64,000 nucleotides of DNA from Polyangia bacterium (GTDB lineage Bacteria; Myxococcota_A; Polyangia; JAAYKL01): contig JBNKCR010000045.1 in the NCBI GenBank assembly GCA_050287845.1, positions 15,233 to 79,232 on the forward strand, given 5' to 3'. Below, one piece after another: positions 30,013 to 40,743 of the stretch (positions are counted from its first letter, which is position 1; each line of letters opens with the position of its first letter). A model generated the notes under the pieces. It was not told where the DNA came from. It saw nothing but the letters and a program-made list of their open reading frames with translations, and searched no databases. A program made the position numbers and the translations under genes.

Positions 30013-31851
30013 CTATTTTCGTCCGCGATTTCTCACGCGACCAACGAAGGCCTCCAGATCGCGGGCGCGATCCTTGTATGTGGATTGACGCGCGAAATCG
30101 GCGTACACTTCCTTGATTTTTGCCACGAGTTTGTCACCACCTTCCGGAGCGAGTAAATCGAGTGCGCGAATGGAGGCGGACAGCGCCACCTTGGAAGGAT
30201 TGTTCAGATTGTCGACAAGTACATCCACAATTTTCTGACGCGCTCCCGAATTATCCCGTCCCAGTCTGAATGCGCTCAGTATCGCGCGTTCAATATTTTT
30301 ATTGGTATGGTCGCCAACGGTTTTCAGGTAGCAGTCAACATTCTCACCGCACTCCTCACCGTACTTAATGCGATCCTTATATCCCTCGATGCGCGTTTTC
30401 ATCACTTCACATTCGTTGCGCACCTGTTTTTCCTCCTCCGGAGAACCCTCGCCCTGCAACCGCTCTTTTACAATTTTATCGCAATCAATTTTGCTGATGG
30501 CTTTATCCATCGGCTTGAAAAACTGTTTGCCGCACATGAGAGATGCATTGTAAAACAACTTGTCCCGCAAAGAATCGTCGACTCCGTTGACGGCCTTCAG
30601 CATCAGTGGACAGGCCTTGGCGGGAATCAACAACAAGCCCATGGCCCTGAAATATCCAACGGCTTCTTCGAGCGGAATTTCAATTTTTCCGCGCTTCAAG
30701 TCGATTCGATTTACCAGTTCGTCCATAATCTGAGTCTGGTCAAGTTCTCCCAGCGCCACCGCTGCCCAGTTGCGACGCATCTGCGCCCACCCTTCGGCAT
30801 TCTCCATCTGAACCTGCAGTTCAAGCGACATGGCCTTGTTGTCGAGGGCATCCGGTTCCTTATGATTGAACTCGCTCATCAGGAAATTCACCGCCTCCGG
30901 CGAAGCATACATCAGCTGCCCCAGAAATGTTATCGCCTGCTGAATGAACCACAGGGGATTTTTCATCAATGGATCGGACTGGAGCTCCGCGGCGTAGGCT
31001 TTATTGAATGCCTGATCCTGCCCCTTTGCAAACGCAAGGATAGCCTTTACAACGGCGTCCCGATTGTGAATCTGCTGCAAGGAGGCAAATGCGATGGTTC
31101 CCAGACCGATGGGCTGACGAACACCTTTTTGGGCAATACCTCGAATCAGAACAGGGATCGCCTTTTCATCCCCGATTCGCCCCAGGGCTTTCATTGCCTT
31201 CATGTTCAGGCGAAGTTCCTGCATGGTATCCGGTGTGTCCGTAATCATTATCAGTGCGTCCACCACCTGCCCCTCCTGAGCAGCGTCCGGATGCTCCACA
31301 ATAATTGCGGCAGCCGCTGAAATGAATGACTGAACGATTTCGTTCTCCGGTGCCGTAAATGGTGCCCCCTGCCGAGAATCCCGGGCGGACTTGACCTTGT
31401 TCCATGCGGCGAGAAGCGCCGGAAGCGCCTCCGTCACTTTTTGACGCTGTACGGCATTGGCTGCAACGGTGAACATAGCGGAGTCAGAGGTGTTTTCAAG
31501 TGTCAAACCAGCGATAAAAACGCTATTGGCCGCCGGATCCCGCATCTGTGCCAGCAGTTCCACAATGATCTTCCGGTTCGCCGGGTCACGGTCAAACGCG
31601 TTGAACGCCTCAATCAGCCCCGGAACGAAGACATTGGTCACTTCCTTCACCTTGGCGTTCTGCAGGTCATTGCCGTTTTCCTGCATGGTTTTGCTGAATA
31701 TATCCTGAATGTTTTTCAGGGCTTTCTCCCGCCAGGGGCGGTCATAGAGTAAATCGATGTTATACTGCGGATCTTCTTCATCCCGACAGCCGATAACGAA
31801 CAGCGATGCGACCGTTACAATAAGTAACAAAAGAAAGGGGATGCGCTTCAT
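30013..31851 (-). CDS. HEAT-repeat lipoprotein
   Basis: Lipobox IGC, repeats such as ALGRIGDEKAIPVLI. Confidence 0.8.
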   Translation of the reverse strand: MKRIPFLLLLIVTVASLFVIGCRDEEDPQYNIDLLYDRPWREKALKNIQDIFSKTMQENGNDLQNAKVKEVTNVFVPGLIEAFNAFDRDPANRKIIVELLAQMRDPAANSVFIAGLTLENTSDSAMFTVAANAVQRQKVTEALPALLAAWNKVKSARDSRQGAPFTAPENEIVQSFISAAAAIIVEHPDAAQEGQVVDALIMITDTPDTMQELRLNMKAMKALGRIGDEKAIPVLIRGIAQKGVRQPIGLGTIAFASLQQIHNRDAVVKAILAFAKGQDQAFNKAYAAELQSDPLMKNPLWFIQQAITFLGQLMYASPEAVNFLMSEFNHKEPDALDNKAMSLELQVQMENAEGWAQMRRNWAAVALGELDQTQIMDELVNRIDLKRGKIEIPLEEAVGYFRAMGLLLIPAKACPLMLKAVNGVDDSLRDKLFYNASLMCGKQFFKPMDKAISKIDCDKIVKERLQGEGSPEEEKQVRNECEVMKTRIEGYKDRIKYGEECGENVDCYLKTVGDHTNKNIERAILSAFRLGRDNSGARQKIVDVLVDNLNNPSKVALSASIRALDLLAPEGGDKLVAKIKEVYADFARQSTYKDRARDLEAFVGRVRNRGRK

Positions 31852-32117
31852 GAAAACACCTTTGTCTTTCTGCGCGAAAAATGCGCGACTTGTTTTCGCT
31901 ACCTTTTTATAAATAGTAAATTATCTAAAAAAAACAGTCGTTTGTATAAAAATAACGAAGCAGCAGTATAAGTTGAAGCGTTTTGAGTGTCAAGGAACCA
32001 CCTGATGGAGTTTCAATTATAATGTATTTAAGTACACAACGCGATATAAACAGCACTTGTAAATGGTCACAGTTCCGGCGTAAGATAAGGTGGAATACAT
32101 GAAGGTGCCACACCCAC

Positions 32118-32510
32118 ATGGCTACCAATGAAAGGACATTCGTGGAACCCAAACAACTCGCACTTGAAATAGCCAAGGCCGCACTCGACAAACATGCGGA
32201 TGCACTGGAAATCATCAACGTCACCGGAAAATCATCTTACGCGGATTTTATTGTCATCTGCTCCGGACGCTCGACCCGTCAGGTGGAGGCCATCGTTGAT
32301 GGTGTTCACAGCGAACTGAAAAAGAAAGGCGTTCATCCGCTGGGCTTCGAGGGAAGGCAGTACTGTCAATGGGTGCTTGTTGACTTCGGCGATGTGGTCT
32401 TTCATGCTTTTGAAGACACCAAACGCGGGTTTTATGATTTGGAGGGTCTCTGGATTGACGCCGAAAGACTTCCCACCTCTTTGCTTTCCCGTATGGAATC
32501 TTCCAACTGA
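32118..32510 (+). CDS. rsfS: Ribosome silencing factor
   Basis: DFIVICSGRSTRQVEAI, WVLVDFGDVVFH, FYDLEGLW. Confidence 0.95.
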   Translation: MATNERTFVEPKQLALEIAKAALDKHADALEIINVTGKSSYADFIVICSGRSTRQVEAIVDGVHSELKKKGVHPLGFEGRQYCQWVLVDFGDVVFHAFEDTKRGFYDLEGLWIDAERLPTSLLSRMESSN

Positions 32511-32513
32511 ACC

Positions 32514-32954
32514 GTGCAGTTTCATATTCTCAGTGAAGGACGGGAAAATGCGGATCCGACCGCGCCCCTGGTGGCAGACTACATCGCGCGGATTGGCAAA
32601 TTTTTCCCGATTACCGATTCCGTCGTTCGCCCCGGCAGCAAGAATGGTCTGATTTCGAAAAGCCGGCAACTCATATCCAGGGGAATGCTCCCTGTTGCCC
32701 TGGATGAACGGGGCCGGGAATACACGTCCGCACAGTTTTCGACCCAATTGACCGACTGGATTTCCGTTTCTCCCGGTGGCATCGTTTTCATCATCGGTGG
32801 CGCAGAAGGGCTTCCTGCTTCACTGCTGCAACTGGCACGTTCTTCCATTGCACTTTCCCGGATGACACTGCCTCACCGGATGGCCCGCCTGTTTCTCGCT
32901 GAACAGATTTACCGCGGTCTGTGTATCCAACGGAATATTCCCTACCACAAGTGA
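32514..32954 (+). CDS. rlmH: 23S rRNA pseudouridine(1915)-N3 methyltransferase
   Basis: LDERG, FIIGGAEG, LSRMTLPH, EQIYR, PYHK. Confidence 0.93.
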   Translation: MQFHILSEGRENADPTAPLVADYIARIGKFFPITDSVVRPGSKNGLISKSRQLISRGMLPVALDERGREYTSAQFSTQLTDWISVSPGGIVFIIGGAEGLPASLLQLARSSIALSRMTLPHRMARLFLAEQIYRGLCIQRNIPYHK

Positions 32955-33076
32955 ATGCCCCGGAACTCCGAATGCATTTGCCGCAATGGGTCCGCCATCC
33001 CATCGCACAGACAGGGCTTCTGATTATCGAAAAAATCCTTGGAAAAGATAAATAAATGGTGCCATAATTAAGCACT

Positions 33077-33310
33077 ATGGACATAGAAAAACGCACATGG
33101 ATGATTCGCTCAAACAATGGAGAAACCCAGGGCCCATTCAATGAGAATGAGTTCCAGGAGAAACTGCGTGCCGGAGAAATTCCGTTTTATTATCACCTGA
33201 AAAGCAATCACATGAACGAATGGAAACCACTTCTGGATGTGGTGAGCACTGATGAAACCTTTCGTCGCCCGTCTACCCTGCCTCCCACTGATCCGGAAAA
33301 ACTGAACTGA
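33077..33310 (+). CDS. Stand-alone GYF_2/DUF4339 domain protein
   Basis: W......QGPF....LRAGEI......MNEWKPL pattern. Confidence 0.75.
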   Translation: MDIEKRTWMIRSNNGETQGPFNENEFQEKLRAGEIPFYYHLKSNHMNEWKPLLDVVSTDETFRRPSTLPPTDPEKLN

Positions 33311-33335
33311 CAACCCCGGTTTCGTAAAGTACCAG

Positions 33336-34175
33336 ATGCTGCTGCGAATATTTACGCTCTGTGATAATGTGGCCACGTTCGGATACACTGCAGAATGGGG
33401 GCTCGCCGTCCTGGTGGATACCGGAAGTTTCCGATTTCTTCTGGATACGGGAATGACCGATATTGCCGCACGGAACGCGGTTCTGTCCCACACGAATTTG
33501 ACCACTGTCGATGCCATCATCCTCAGCCACGGTCATTGCGACCATACGGGCGGACTGAAACACATTCTGCCACTTTGTGGCAGCAAACCGGTCTATGCCC
33601 ATCCTGATATTTTTCGCCACAGGTTCACGTTGCGGCACCCACCCCGAAAACTCGATATTTCTCTCCCGGACGCCAGGGAGAAACTGGAAGCACTGGGGGC
33701 TCGATTCGAGCTGATTCCCGCGTTCATGGAAATCGCCAAAGGCATCTTCATCAGTAGCGAAGTCCCCATGTCCAGCCACTTCGAGAAGATTGACGAAGGC
33801 CTTGTGACTCCCGATAGCTCCGGCGAGCTGGTTCCCGATCCGTTGCGGGACGATCTGTCTGTCGCCGTATCAACCCCCCGAGGCCTGTTTGTCTTTTCCG
33901 GTTGTGCGCACCGGGGCATCATCAATATCGTGCGGCATTTTCAGAACATGACCGGAGAATCCCGGATATACGGTATCCTTGGCGGACTTCATCTGAGCAG
34001 AGCGGATGACGAACACATCTCTGAAGTCGAGAGGTTTCTGAGGGATACCGATGTGCGAAAAGTGGCGTGTTCCCATTGTACCGGTGTACGTGCGTCCTGC
34101 AAACTCCACAAAGCATTTCCGGATAGATTCATTTTCAATACTTCCGGAAAAAAACTGGTTTTCAATATCGATTGA
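33336..34175 (+). CDS. MBL-fold metallo-hydrolase (COG1237-like)
   Basis: LLDTG, SHGHCDHTGG, SGCAHRG, GGLH, SHCTG. Confidence 0.88.
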   Translation: MLLRIFTLCDNVATFGYTAEWGLAVLVDTGSFRFLLDTGMTDIAARNAVLSHTNLTTVDAIILSHGHCDHTGGLKHILPLCGSKPVYAHPDIFRHRFTLRHPPRKLDISLPDAREKLEALGARFELIPAFMEIAKGIFISSEVPMSSHFEKIDEGLVTPDSSGELVPDPLRDDLSVAVSTPRGLFVFSGCAHRGIINIVRHFQNMTGESRIYGILGGLHLSRADDEHISEVERFLRDTDVRKVACSHCTGVRASCKLHKAFPDRFIFNTSGKKLVFNID

Positions 34176-34376
34176 ATGACCAGCGAAGGCATCGCAAACC
34201 ACTTAAAATTGCAACTATCCGATATTACAAAATAATTCGTCAAATTTTACAATTCAAATAAACAAAAAACCTCGGAATACTGTTTATTTTAAATCATCGC
34301 ATTCCCATTTTTAGAGTTGAAGTATATAAGCAAGTACCTATTATCGCGACGATTATCGCCACGAAAGGAGCGTGAC

Positions 34377-36764
34377 ATGCGTTTTGGTAGATTTGATGAT
34401 GAGAGAAAAGAATACGTAATAGAGCGACCGGATACCCCCAGGCCCTGGAGCAACTACATTGGAAACACCGTGTACGGGGGAATCGTTACCAACAACGCTG
34501 CCGGATATTCCTTTTACCGATCAGCCGGGCAGGGGCGGCACACCCGCTTTCTGTTTGCTGCACTGCAGGGCAATTATGCGGGTAAATATGTTTATCTTTC
34601 CGACGCGGAAAGTGGAGACTTCTGGTCCAATTCCTGGCACCCCGTGGGCAAGCCCCTCGATCAATATAAAGGGGAATGTCGCCATGGAGCCGGATATTCA
34701 ACGATCAGCGGCGAATACAAGGGCATCGCGTCGAGCGTCACTTACTTTGCACCGTTGGGCGCCACCTACGAAGTCTGGAAGATCAGAGTGGCCAATACCG
34801 GAGAAAACGCCCGCAGGATTCGGGTGTTTCCCCTGGTGGAATTCGGTTGCAACTGGAACGCCCTTGATGATCAGGCCAATCTTCAATACACCCAGTATAT
34901 TGTGAAGGCCAGAGTCGAGGGCAACATCATTGATATGGGCAGCAACATCAACATGCCCGAGGATCCCGACCACTTTGAAAACAAGGATCAGGCACGACAC
35001 ACGTTCATGGCCCTGGCCGGCGCAGATGCAACCGCATACGATACACAGCTCGAAGAGTTTTTTGGTCCGTACGGCACCTACGCCAATCCTGCTGCAGTGG
35101 TGAATGGGGCGTGTAAAAACTCCATTGCCACTGGTGATATGCCCTGTGGCGCTTTCCAGATCGATATGGACCTCGCTCCCGGTGAAAACAGAGAATTCGC
35201 GGTCATGATGGGAATCGGCAAAGGAGAAGTGGAAGGTAAGGCCGCTGTGGAAGCCATGAACACCATTGCCAGAGTGGATGACGCAATCGAAAAGGTGAAA
35301 GAATACAATCACGCTTGTCTGGACAACTTCACGGTGTCCAGCCCGGATGGTATTTTCAACAGCATGATGAACATGTGGAGCCCATACAACTGCATGATGA
35401 CATTCTACTGGTCCCGTACCGCCAGCATGATTTACGCCGGTGAAAGGGACGGTCTTGGGTTTCGGGACTCACTTCAGGATATGCTGGGTGCCATGGCACT
35501 CGATACGAAAGAAGCCGGACGCAGAATTGAGTTGCTGCTGACAGGCCAGCTGGCCAACGGCGGTGCAATGCCGGTGGTGAAACCCTATGCTCATCGCCCT
35601 GGCCATGAAAAAGAACCGCCCCATTATCGGGCAGACGACTGCATGTGGTTCTTCAACGCTATTCCCCAGTACGTGAAAGAGACCGGGGACATCGACTTCT
35701 ACAAAAAGATACTCCCCTTTGCGGACAAAGGCGAAACCACCGTGCTGGGCCATCTGCGAAGAGCCATCCAGTTCAACCTCGATCGGCTGGGCGCCCATGG
35801 GCTTCCGTGTGGACTGCATGCGGACTGGAATGACTGTCTGCGCCTCGGTGAAAAAGGCGAGACCTCTTTTGTAGCGTTCCAGCTGCGCTATGCATTTAAA
35901 GAATATATTGCCATTTCCGAGATGCTGGGGGAGACCGCCGAGGCGGACTGGGCCAGACCACTGCTCGAAGAATACGATAAAACCCTCGACAAACACGTCT
36001 GGGACGGTGAATGGTACCTGCGCGCCTATCGCGATGACGGTCTGAAATTCGGTTCGAGAGAAAACGACGAAGGGTCCATCTTTATGAATCCTCAGGCATG
36101 GGCGGTAATCAGTGAACATGCCAAAGGTGAAAAAGCCACCAGGTGTATCGAGTCTCTCGATAAACAGCTGGCAACGGAATATGGCGTGATGCTGTGCGCG
36201 CCACCGTTCGTGAACACAGACCCCAACGTGGTTCTGGCTGTTCTGTTCAATCCGGGCTCCAAGGAAAATGCGGCGATGTTTAATCATACGCAGGGCTGGG
36301 CGGTGATGAGTCAGGCAATACTCGGAAACAACGATAAAGCCTGGGCGTATCTGAAAGCAGCGTTGCCCGGGTTCTACAACGATATTGCCGAAATTCGCGA
36401 AACCGAGCCCTACGTGGTTGCCCAGACCACATGTTCCAAATTCAATCCCAAATTCGGTGCAAGCCGCGTCTCCTGGCTTTCCGGTGCTGCCACGTGGAAT
36501 TATCATGCGGCAACCCAATATATTCTGGGGATACGCCCGGACTATGACGGTCTGCGTCTCGTCCCCTGCCTGCCAACCCATTGGCCGGAGGTCACTGTCA
36601 ACCGCAAGTTCCGCGGCAGAAACTTTGCCATTAAGATTAAAAACGGTGGCGGTAGCGGTACCGGGGTCACCCGGCTGGTCGTCAACGGCGAAACCATCAG
36701 TGGTAATCTGATTCCCGCGAATAAATTTAAAGACAGCAATACGGTGGAAGTCACCGTCGGTTGA
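34377..36764 (+). CDS. GH94 glycoside phosphorylase (chitobiose/cellobiose phosphorylase family)
   Basis: MRFGRFDDERKEYVI, PWSNY, GLGFRDSLQD, ADWNDCL, KEN..FNH, WLSG.ATW. RBS AAGGAG before ATG 34377. Confidence 0.92.
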   Translation: MRFGRFDDERKEYVIERPDTPRPWSNYIGNTVYGGIVTNNAAGYSFYRSAGQGRHTRFLFAALQGNYAGKYVYLSDAESGDFWSNSWHPVGKPLDQYKGECRHGAGYSTISGEYKGIASSVTYFAPLGATYEVWKIRVANTGENARRIRVFPLVEFGCNWNALDDQANLQYTQYIVKARVEGNIIDMGSNINMPEDPDHFENKDQARHTFMALAGADATAYDTQLEEFFGPYGTYANPAAVVNGACKNSIATGDMPCGAFQIDMDLAPGENREFAVMMGIGKGEVEGKAAVEAMNTIARVDDAIEKVKEYNHACLDNFTVSSPDGIFNSMMNMWSPYNCMMTFYWSRTASMIYAGERDGLGFRDSLQDMLGAMALDTKEAGRRIELLLTGQLANGGAMPVVKPYAHRPGHEKEPPHYRADDCMWFFNAIPQYVKETGDIDFYKKILPFADKGETTVLGHLRRAIQFNLDRLGAHGLPCGLHADWNDCLRLGEKGETSFVAFQLRYAFKEYIAISEMLGETAEADWARPLLEEYDKTLDKHVWDGEWYLRAYRDDGLKFGSRENDEGSIFMNPQAWAVISEHAKGEKATRCIESLDKQLATEYGVMLCAPPFVNTDPNVVLAVLFNPGSKENAAMFNHTQGWAVMSQAILGNNDKAWAYLKAALPGFYNDIAEIRETEPYVVAQTTCSKFNPKFGASRVSWLSGAATWNYHAATQYILGIRPDYDGLRLVPCLPTHWPEVTVNRKFRGRNFAIKIKNGGGSGTGVTRLVVNGETISGNLIPANKFKDSNTVEVTVG

Positions 36765-36988
36765 TTCGCGAAATCTCCTCTCCCCCTCCCATAAACAAAC
36801 ACCATTGGAAAAAAGAGTCCCGTCGCCAGAGCCCATAATTGCCAAAAATTTGTATCTGACCACAGAACCTCATAAAATGGATAATATCCACAATATTTGG
36901 TGGTACAGTAATATCTGTTCATTTGTTCCGTATAATTCGTTTGCCGATTTGAAACGCTTTGGCGTTTTTTTGCTCAAGGGGGAGTGAT

Positions 36989-37519
36989 ATGGCATTAAAA
37001 GAGTCTACTGCTCAGGATTTTTTGTCCAAGATCAAACAAATTCCCAGGTTCATCAAATCCAGACCCGCCAAGCCAGGGGATATTTCGCTGCTCGCCTTTG
37101 AATTCAGGCATCCCCGCAACGGTCCGACCGGGCAGCCCATCCAGACCCGGCGGGCCAGGACTGTTACCGCCTTTCGCCAGAAAAGTTCCGACGTGAAGCT
37201 TGATTTGGGACTCATTTCTGCGGACAGTGAACACAATTTCTATCGGGGATTTTCAGATAATGTTGAAAAAGGCGGCATTTTCGCCGCGACATACAACATC
37301 CACCCCGTGGGAACTCCCGTTTCCATTTCATTTGAACTGCCGGGCAATAAAAAGGTATTCACCCGTGGGGTCGTTCAATACACCAGGGAGATTTCGTCGA
37401 AACCCCCAACGGGTTGCATGTCAGGCATGGGGATCAGTTTCAGCTATCTTGAAAATGAAGATAAGACAGCCATCGAAAATTTCCAGGAAGTACATACACC
37501 CATTTTCTTTGAAGTCTGA
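36989..37519 (+). CDS. PilZ domain protein (TIGR02266-like)
   Basis: SEHNFYRGFSDNVEKGGIFAATY, GMGISF, PIFFE. Confidence 0.8.
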   Translation: MALKESTAQDFLSKIKQIPRFIKSRPAKPGDISLLAFEFRHPRNGPTGQPIQTRRARTVTAFRQKSSDVKLDLGLISADSEHNFYRGFSDNVEKGGIFAATYNIHPVGTPVSISFELPGNKKVFTRGVVQYTREISSKPPTGCMSGMGISFSYLENEDKTAIENFQEVHTPIFFEV

Positions 37520-37685
37520 TTTCTGAACATCGGTTGTCATCTAATTTTCGTACCGCCGCGATCAGATCCGGGCACATTGCTGTGCACCCGTTCAGCGTTC
37601 ACGATATTCTTTGGCTTAACTATGAATTCCGCCGATATTTCGTAAAAAAAGATGAGATCAAAAGATCTTTTTTTGATTAAAATAC

Positions 37686-37714
37686 TTGCATTGCAAAGAA
37701 ACCACTATTAAGGT
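37686..37714 (+). promoter_or_regulatory. Putative sigma70 promoter for rpsU
   Basis: TTGCAT-17 bp-TAAGGT with AT-rich upstream sequence. Confidence 0.5.
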
Positions 37715-37768
37715 GCAACCTCTCTTAACGGAGTAACAATTTAGATCTGTTTTACGGAGGATTTTAGA

Positions 37769-38110
37769 ATGCACATGGATGAGGGTTTTGACGGCAAGAA
37801 AATGGACCATGATCTGGATGGTGATTTTGGACAGGATGACGATGAAAGAGATTATCGTGACGAGCGCCGTAATAAGCCGAGACGAAATACCGTTGGTGAA
37901 GCGGTTCTGTGTCGTCCTCTCGAAGTGACTGTACGTGACAACCGCGTTGAACAGGCCATCCGGCAACTGAAAAATCGTCTGGCGCGTGAAGGCATCCTGC
38001 GTGAACTGAAAAATCGCCGTCACTACTTCAAACCGAGCGAGCTGAAGAGAATCAAACGTCGTGAAGCTGCCCGTCGCAGAAGAAAACAGACCCGTCAGAG
38101 AATCAAATAA
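37769..38110 (+). CDS. rpsU: 30S ribosomal protein S21 with N-terminal extension
   Basis: VEQAIRQLK...EGILRELKNRRHYFKPS.KR.KRREA.RRRRK core. GGAGG RBS before ATG 37769. Confidence 0.9.
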   Translation: MHMDEGFDGKKMDHDLDGDFGQDDDERDYRDERRNKPRRNTVGEAVLCRPLEVTVRDNRVEQAIRQLKNRLAREGILRELKNRRHYFKPSELKRIKRREAARRRRKQTRQRIK

Positions 38111-38590
38111 CACACACCACTGAGCGATTGTTATTCCGATACTGTTTTCGGATACTTTCCGGATATCTATCTGATACACACGGTTCCGCTACCGTATATC
38201 TTTCATTTCATCCCCTTACAGTTGAAGCACTGATGCGACAGTCGCCATGCCCGTCTTGTTTCCTCTTTCCAATCTTTGCCGGACAACTGAACCATTTTCG
38301 GGCGAATACAGAATTCGAAATAGCGTCCGATTCAATATTGAATTGATCGCACTTCATCAGTAATGGAACATCGAAGCGGCGGAGCGACAAACGCAGGGTC
38401 AATCACGTAAGGTCCGAAACCGTCTGCTGTATCTTTTCAACCCGTCGTGGCCGGGGAGCGTCAGATTCACCCGGTTCAGACAGCAGGAATGACATAATAG
38501 CGTTTCTCCATTCGAATCTGCGCCTGGAATTGGAACCCGTTCTGAGAATTCGACATGGAAATAGAAATAGGACTACAGAAAGGTAAAGAA

Positions 38591-40432
38591 TCAGACGACG
38601 CCGCGAATTTCTTCGAGTTTCTTACGGACGCCTTCCATTACTTTGGGGGTAAGATTCAGACGAATCAGGAAGGCAAAGGCAACGATGTAACCAATGATAG
38701 GAATGATCATCAGCCACAGTCTCATTTGAGTGAGTGATTCAACAGATTGAGCACCGCCCAATGCAACATCAAATCCGGTGGATTCCAGAACCACACCGGC
38801 TGCGCCGCCACCCAGGGCCATTCCCACTTTCATCATCCAGGAGCCACAGGCGTTAAAGGCACCTTCACGACGCTTGCCGGTTTCCATTTCGTCCCAGTCC
38901 ACCACATCAGCCATCATGGAGCTGTAGAGCATCCAGAATCCGGCCTGGGTAAAGGCGATGCCGCCGGCAGCGAAAAACTGCAACCATTTAATATTTGGAT
39001 TGTAGAGTACCCATGTAAGTAAAAACATCACCGTAGCCATAATCATCACAAGACCCATGGTTTTTTTCTTACCGATTTTTTTGGAAACTAATGCGTAGAA
39101 CGGCACCCCCACAAATGGAAATACCATGTTCCCAATGCCCATAATGAAGTTCCACTGTGTCCCCACCGCCCAATCACCTTCACATACATAAAATACGGTG
39201 GTGAAAAATCCAAGGGTTCCCACCATACTCATACCAATACCGATGGCCACGGCCATGGCCAACTGAACGCGGAACGGTTTACATGATAGAACGGTAAATA
39301 ACGTCTCGGTAATTTTTACCCGTTCCTGCTTCACCGCCACCTTGTCGTAATAGCGTTCCTTCACAACAGTGAAGACATAAATCCCCACAATAATCATAAC
39401 AAAGGCAATCATCAGGATGTACACCCTGGCACCTTTGAGCATATCGGGTTTTTCCTTCATTGCTTCATTCAGCACAGAGGCGGTCTGCAGATTCTGTTCG
39501 AGGGCTTCAATGCGTTTGGTCAGCGCTGACTTTTTACTTTCTTCGGCAGCATCTTTTTCGGCAGGTATTGGCTTATTACCCAGGTTCCAGGGGGCTGGCG
39601 TTTCCTCATCTGCGGCATCGCGTACTTTGCCTTCAAAGTCTGCAACTTTCAAATTCACATCTTTGAGACCGGATTCAAGTTTTCCAACCTTCGCTTCAAT
39701 GTCTTTCAATTTCGCGTCGGAATCTGAACCCTTTGATTTTTCTATTTCGGCAGTTGCGCTCTTCAGTTCATTCGCTTCTGCTCGCATGCCGGAAATCTGC
39801 TCATTAAGCGCTGCAACGTCATCCTGTGTCACACCGGGTACGCTATTATTAAAAATGGCAAGTGCGCAAAACATTGCCGCAAAGAACATTCCGCATTCGG
39901 GTATTTTCTGAATGATCGTTTTAAACGAGAAAACACTCGTTCTCTCGTTGTAATCGGGTGTCAATTCAGAACCGAGGGCCGCATAAGGCATGTTGTGACC
40001 ACTGGCCAGCGTGATTAAAATACCCGATGTGATAATCATGTACCACACGTATTGCATCTCAGACCAGCCACTGCCTAAAGTAGGGCAAAGAAACAAAACA
40101 GGGAAGAAAAGCGCCGTAAGAATGGCGAACACCAAAATATATGGACGCCGACGTCCCCACCTGGTACGGGTGTTATCGGACAGCCATCCGAAAAACGGGT
40201 CGGAAACGGCGTCCACCAGTCGGTTGACCATCACCACAAGGCCCACCAGCGATGGCGATATCATCAAGAATCCGTTGAATACCGGCCAAATCATGGAAGG
40301 GAACAGCCAGTTACCCCATAATTCATTTGTGGAGCCGAAACCGTAAGCAATCTTCTGCTTCAGAGGCACCCGATCTTCCGGTGCAACCTTGTGGACTTCT
40401 TTTGAGTCCTGTTCAATTTTGTTTTCTGACAT
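38591..40432 (-). CDS. MFS glycoside-pentoside-hexuronide (MelB/GPH) symporter
   Basis: DAVSDPFFGWLSDNTRTRWGRRRPY, ELTPDYNERT, MADVVDWDE..TGKRREG. Confidence 0.92.
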   Translation of the reverse strand: MSENKIEQDSKEVHKVAPEDRVPLKQKIAYGFGSTNELWGNWLFPSMIWPVFNGFLMISPSLVGLVVMVNRLVDAVSDPFFGWLSDNTRTRWGRRRPYILVFAILTALFFPVLFLCPTLGSGWSEMQYVWYMIITSGILITLASGHNMPYAALGSELTPDYNERTSVFSFKTIIQKIPECGMFFAAMFCALAIFNNSVPGVTQDDVAALNEQISGMRAEANELKSATAEIEKSKGSDSDAKLKDIEAKVGKLESGLKDVNLKVADFEGKVRDAADEETPAPWNLGNKPIPAEKDAAEESKKSALTKRIEALEQNLQTASVLNEAMKEKPDMLKGARVYILMIAFVMIIVGIYVFTVVKERYYDKVAVKQERVKITETLFTVLSCKPFRVQLAMAVAIGIGMSMVGTLGFFTTVFYVCEGDWAVGTQWNFIMGIGNMVFPFVGVPFYALVSKKIGKKKTMGLVMIMATVMFLLTWVLYNPNIKWLQFFAAGGIAFTQAGFWMLYSSMMADVVDWDEMETGKRREGAFNACGSWMMKVGMALGGGAAGVVLESTGFDVALGGAQSVESLTQMRLWLMIIPIIGYIVAFAFLIRLNLTPKVMEGVRKKLEEIRGVV

Positions 40433-40743
40433 ACTCTTTACCTTTGAAAATAAGAATTTACTTTTGCGATTGTGCGAATGGACAACAGGAGCTTAATCGT
40501 TTCGCGGGCCTCTGTCCATCCTGATTTTTACGCCGCTCCGGTCTCTCTGTCCGTCGGGAATCACTATGGTCATTGAATTATTCCATTTATCGGAGTGCTC
40601 TGGCGAACGTTGCAAACCAGGAATGCCACACCCCATCTGAAACTGCATCAACTGCAGATGGCAGGTCTTTTCCTCTGAAATCAGGGGAGCCGGGAAATGT
40701 AGAAACAGTGCGGTACGCCTGTTATCGGTGAACGATGCGGGGC

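Noticed and set aside
35469..36863. Long antisense ORFs (e.g. 35469..36863, 52971..54608, 30307..31320, 14581..15471)
   Set aside because: Shadows of well-supported genes on the opposite strand, with no recognisable motifs.
38132..38185. Four loosely spaced GATA-containing motifs downstream of rpsU
   Set aside because: Too short and irregular to call a repeat array or CRISPR remnant.
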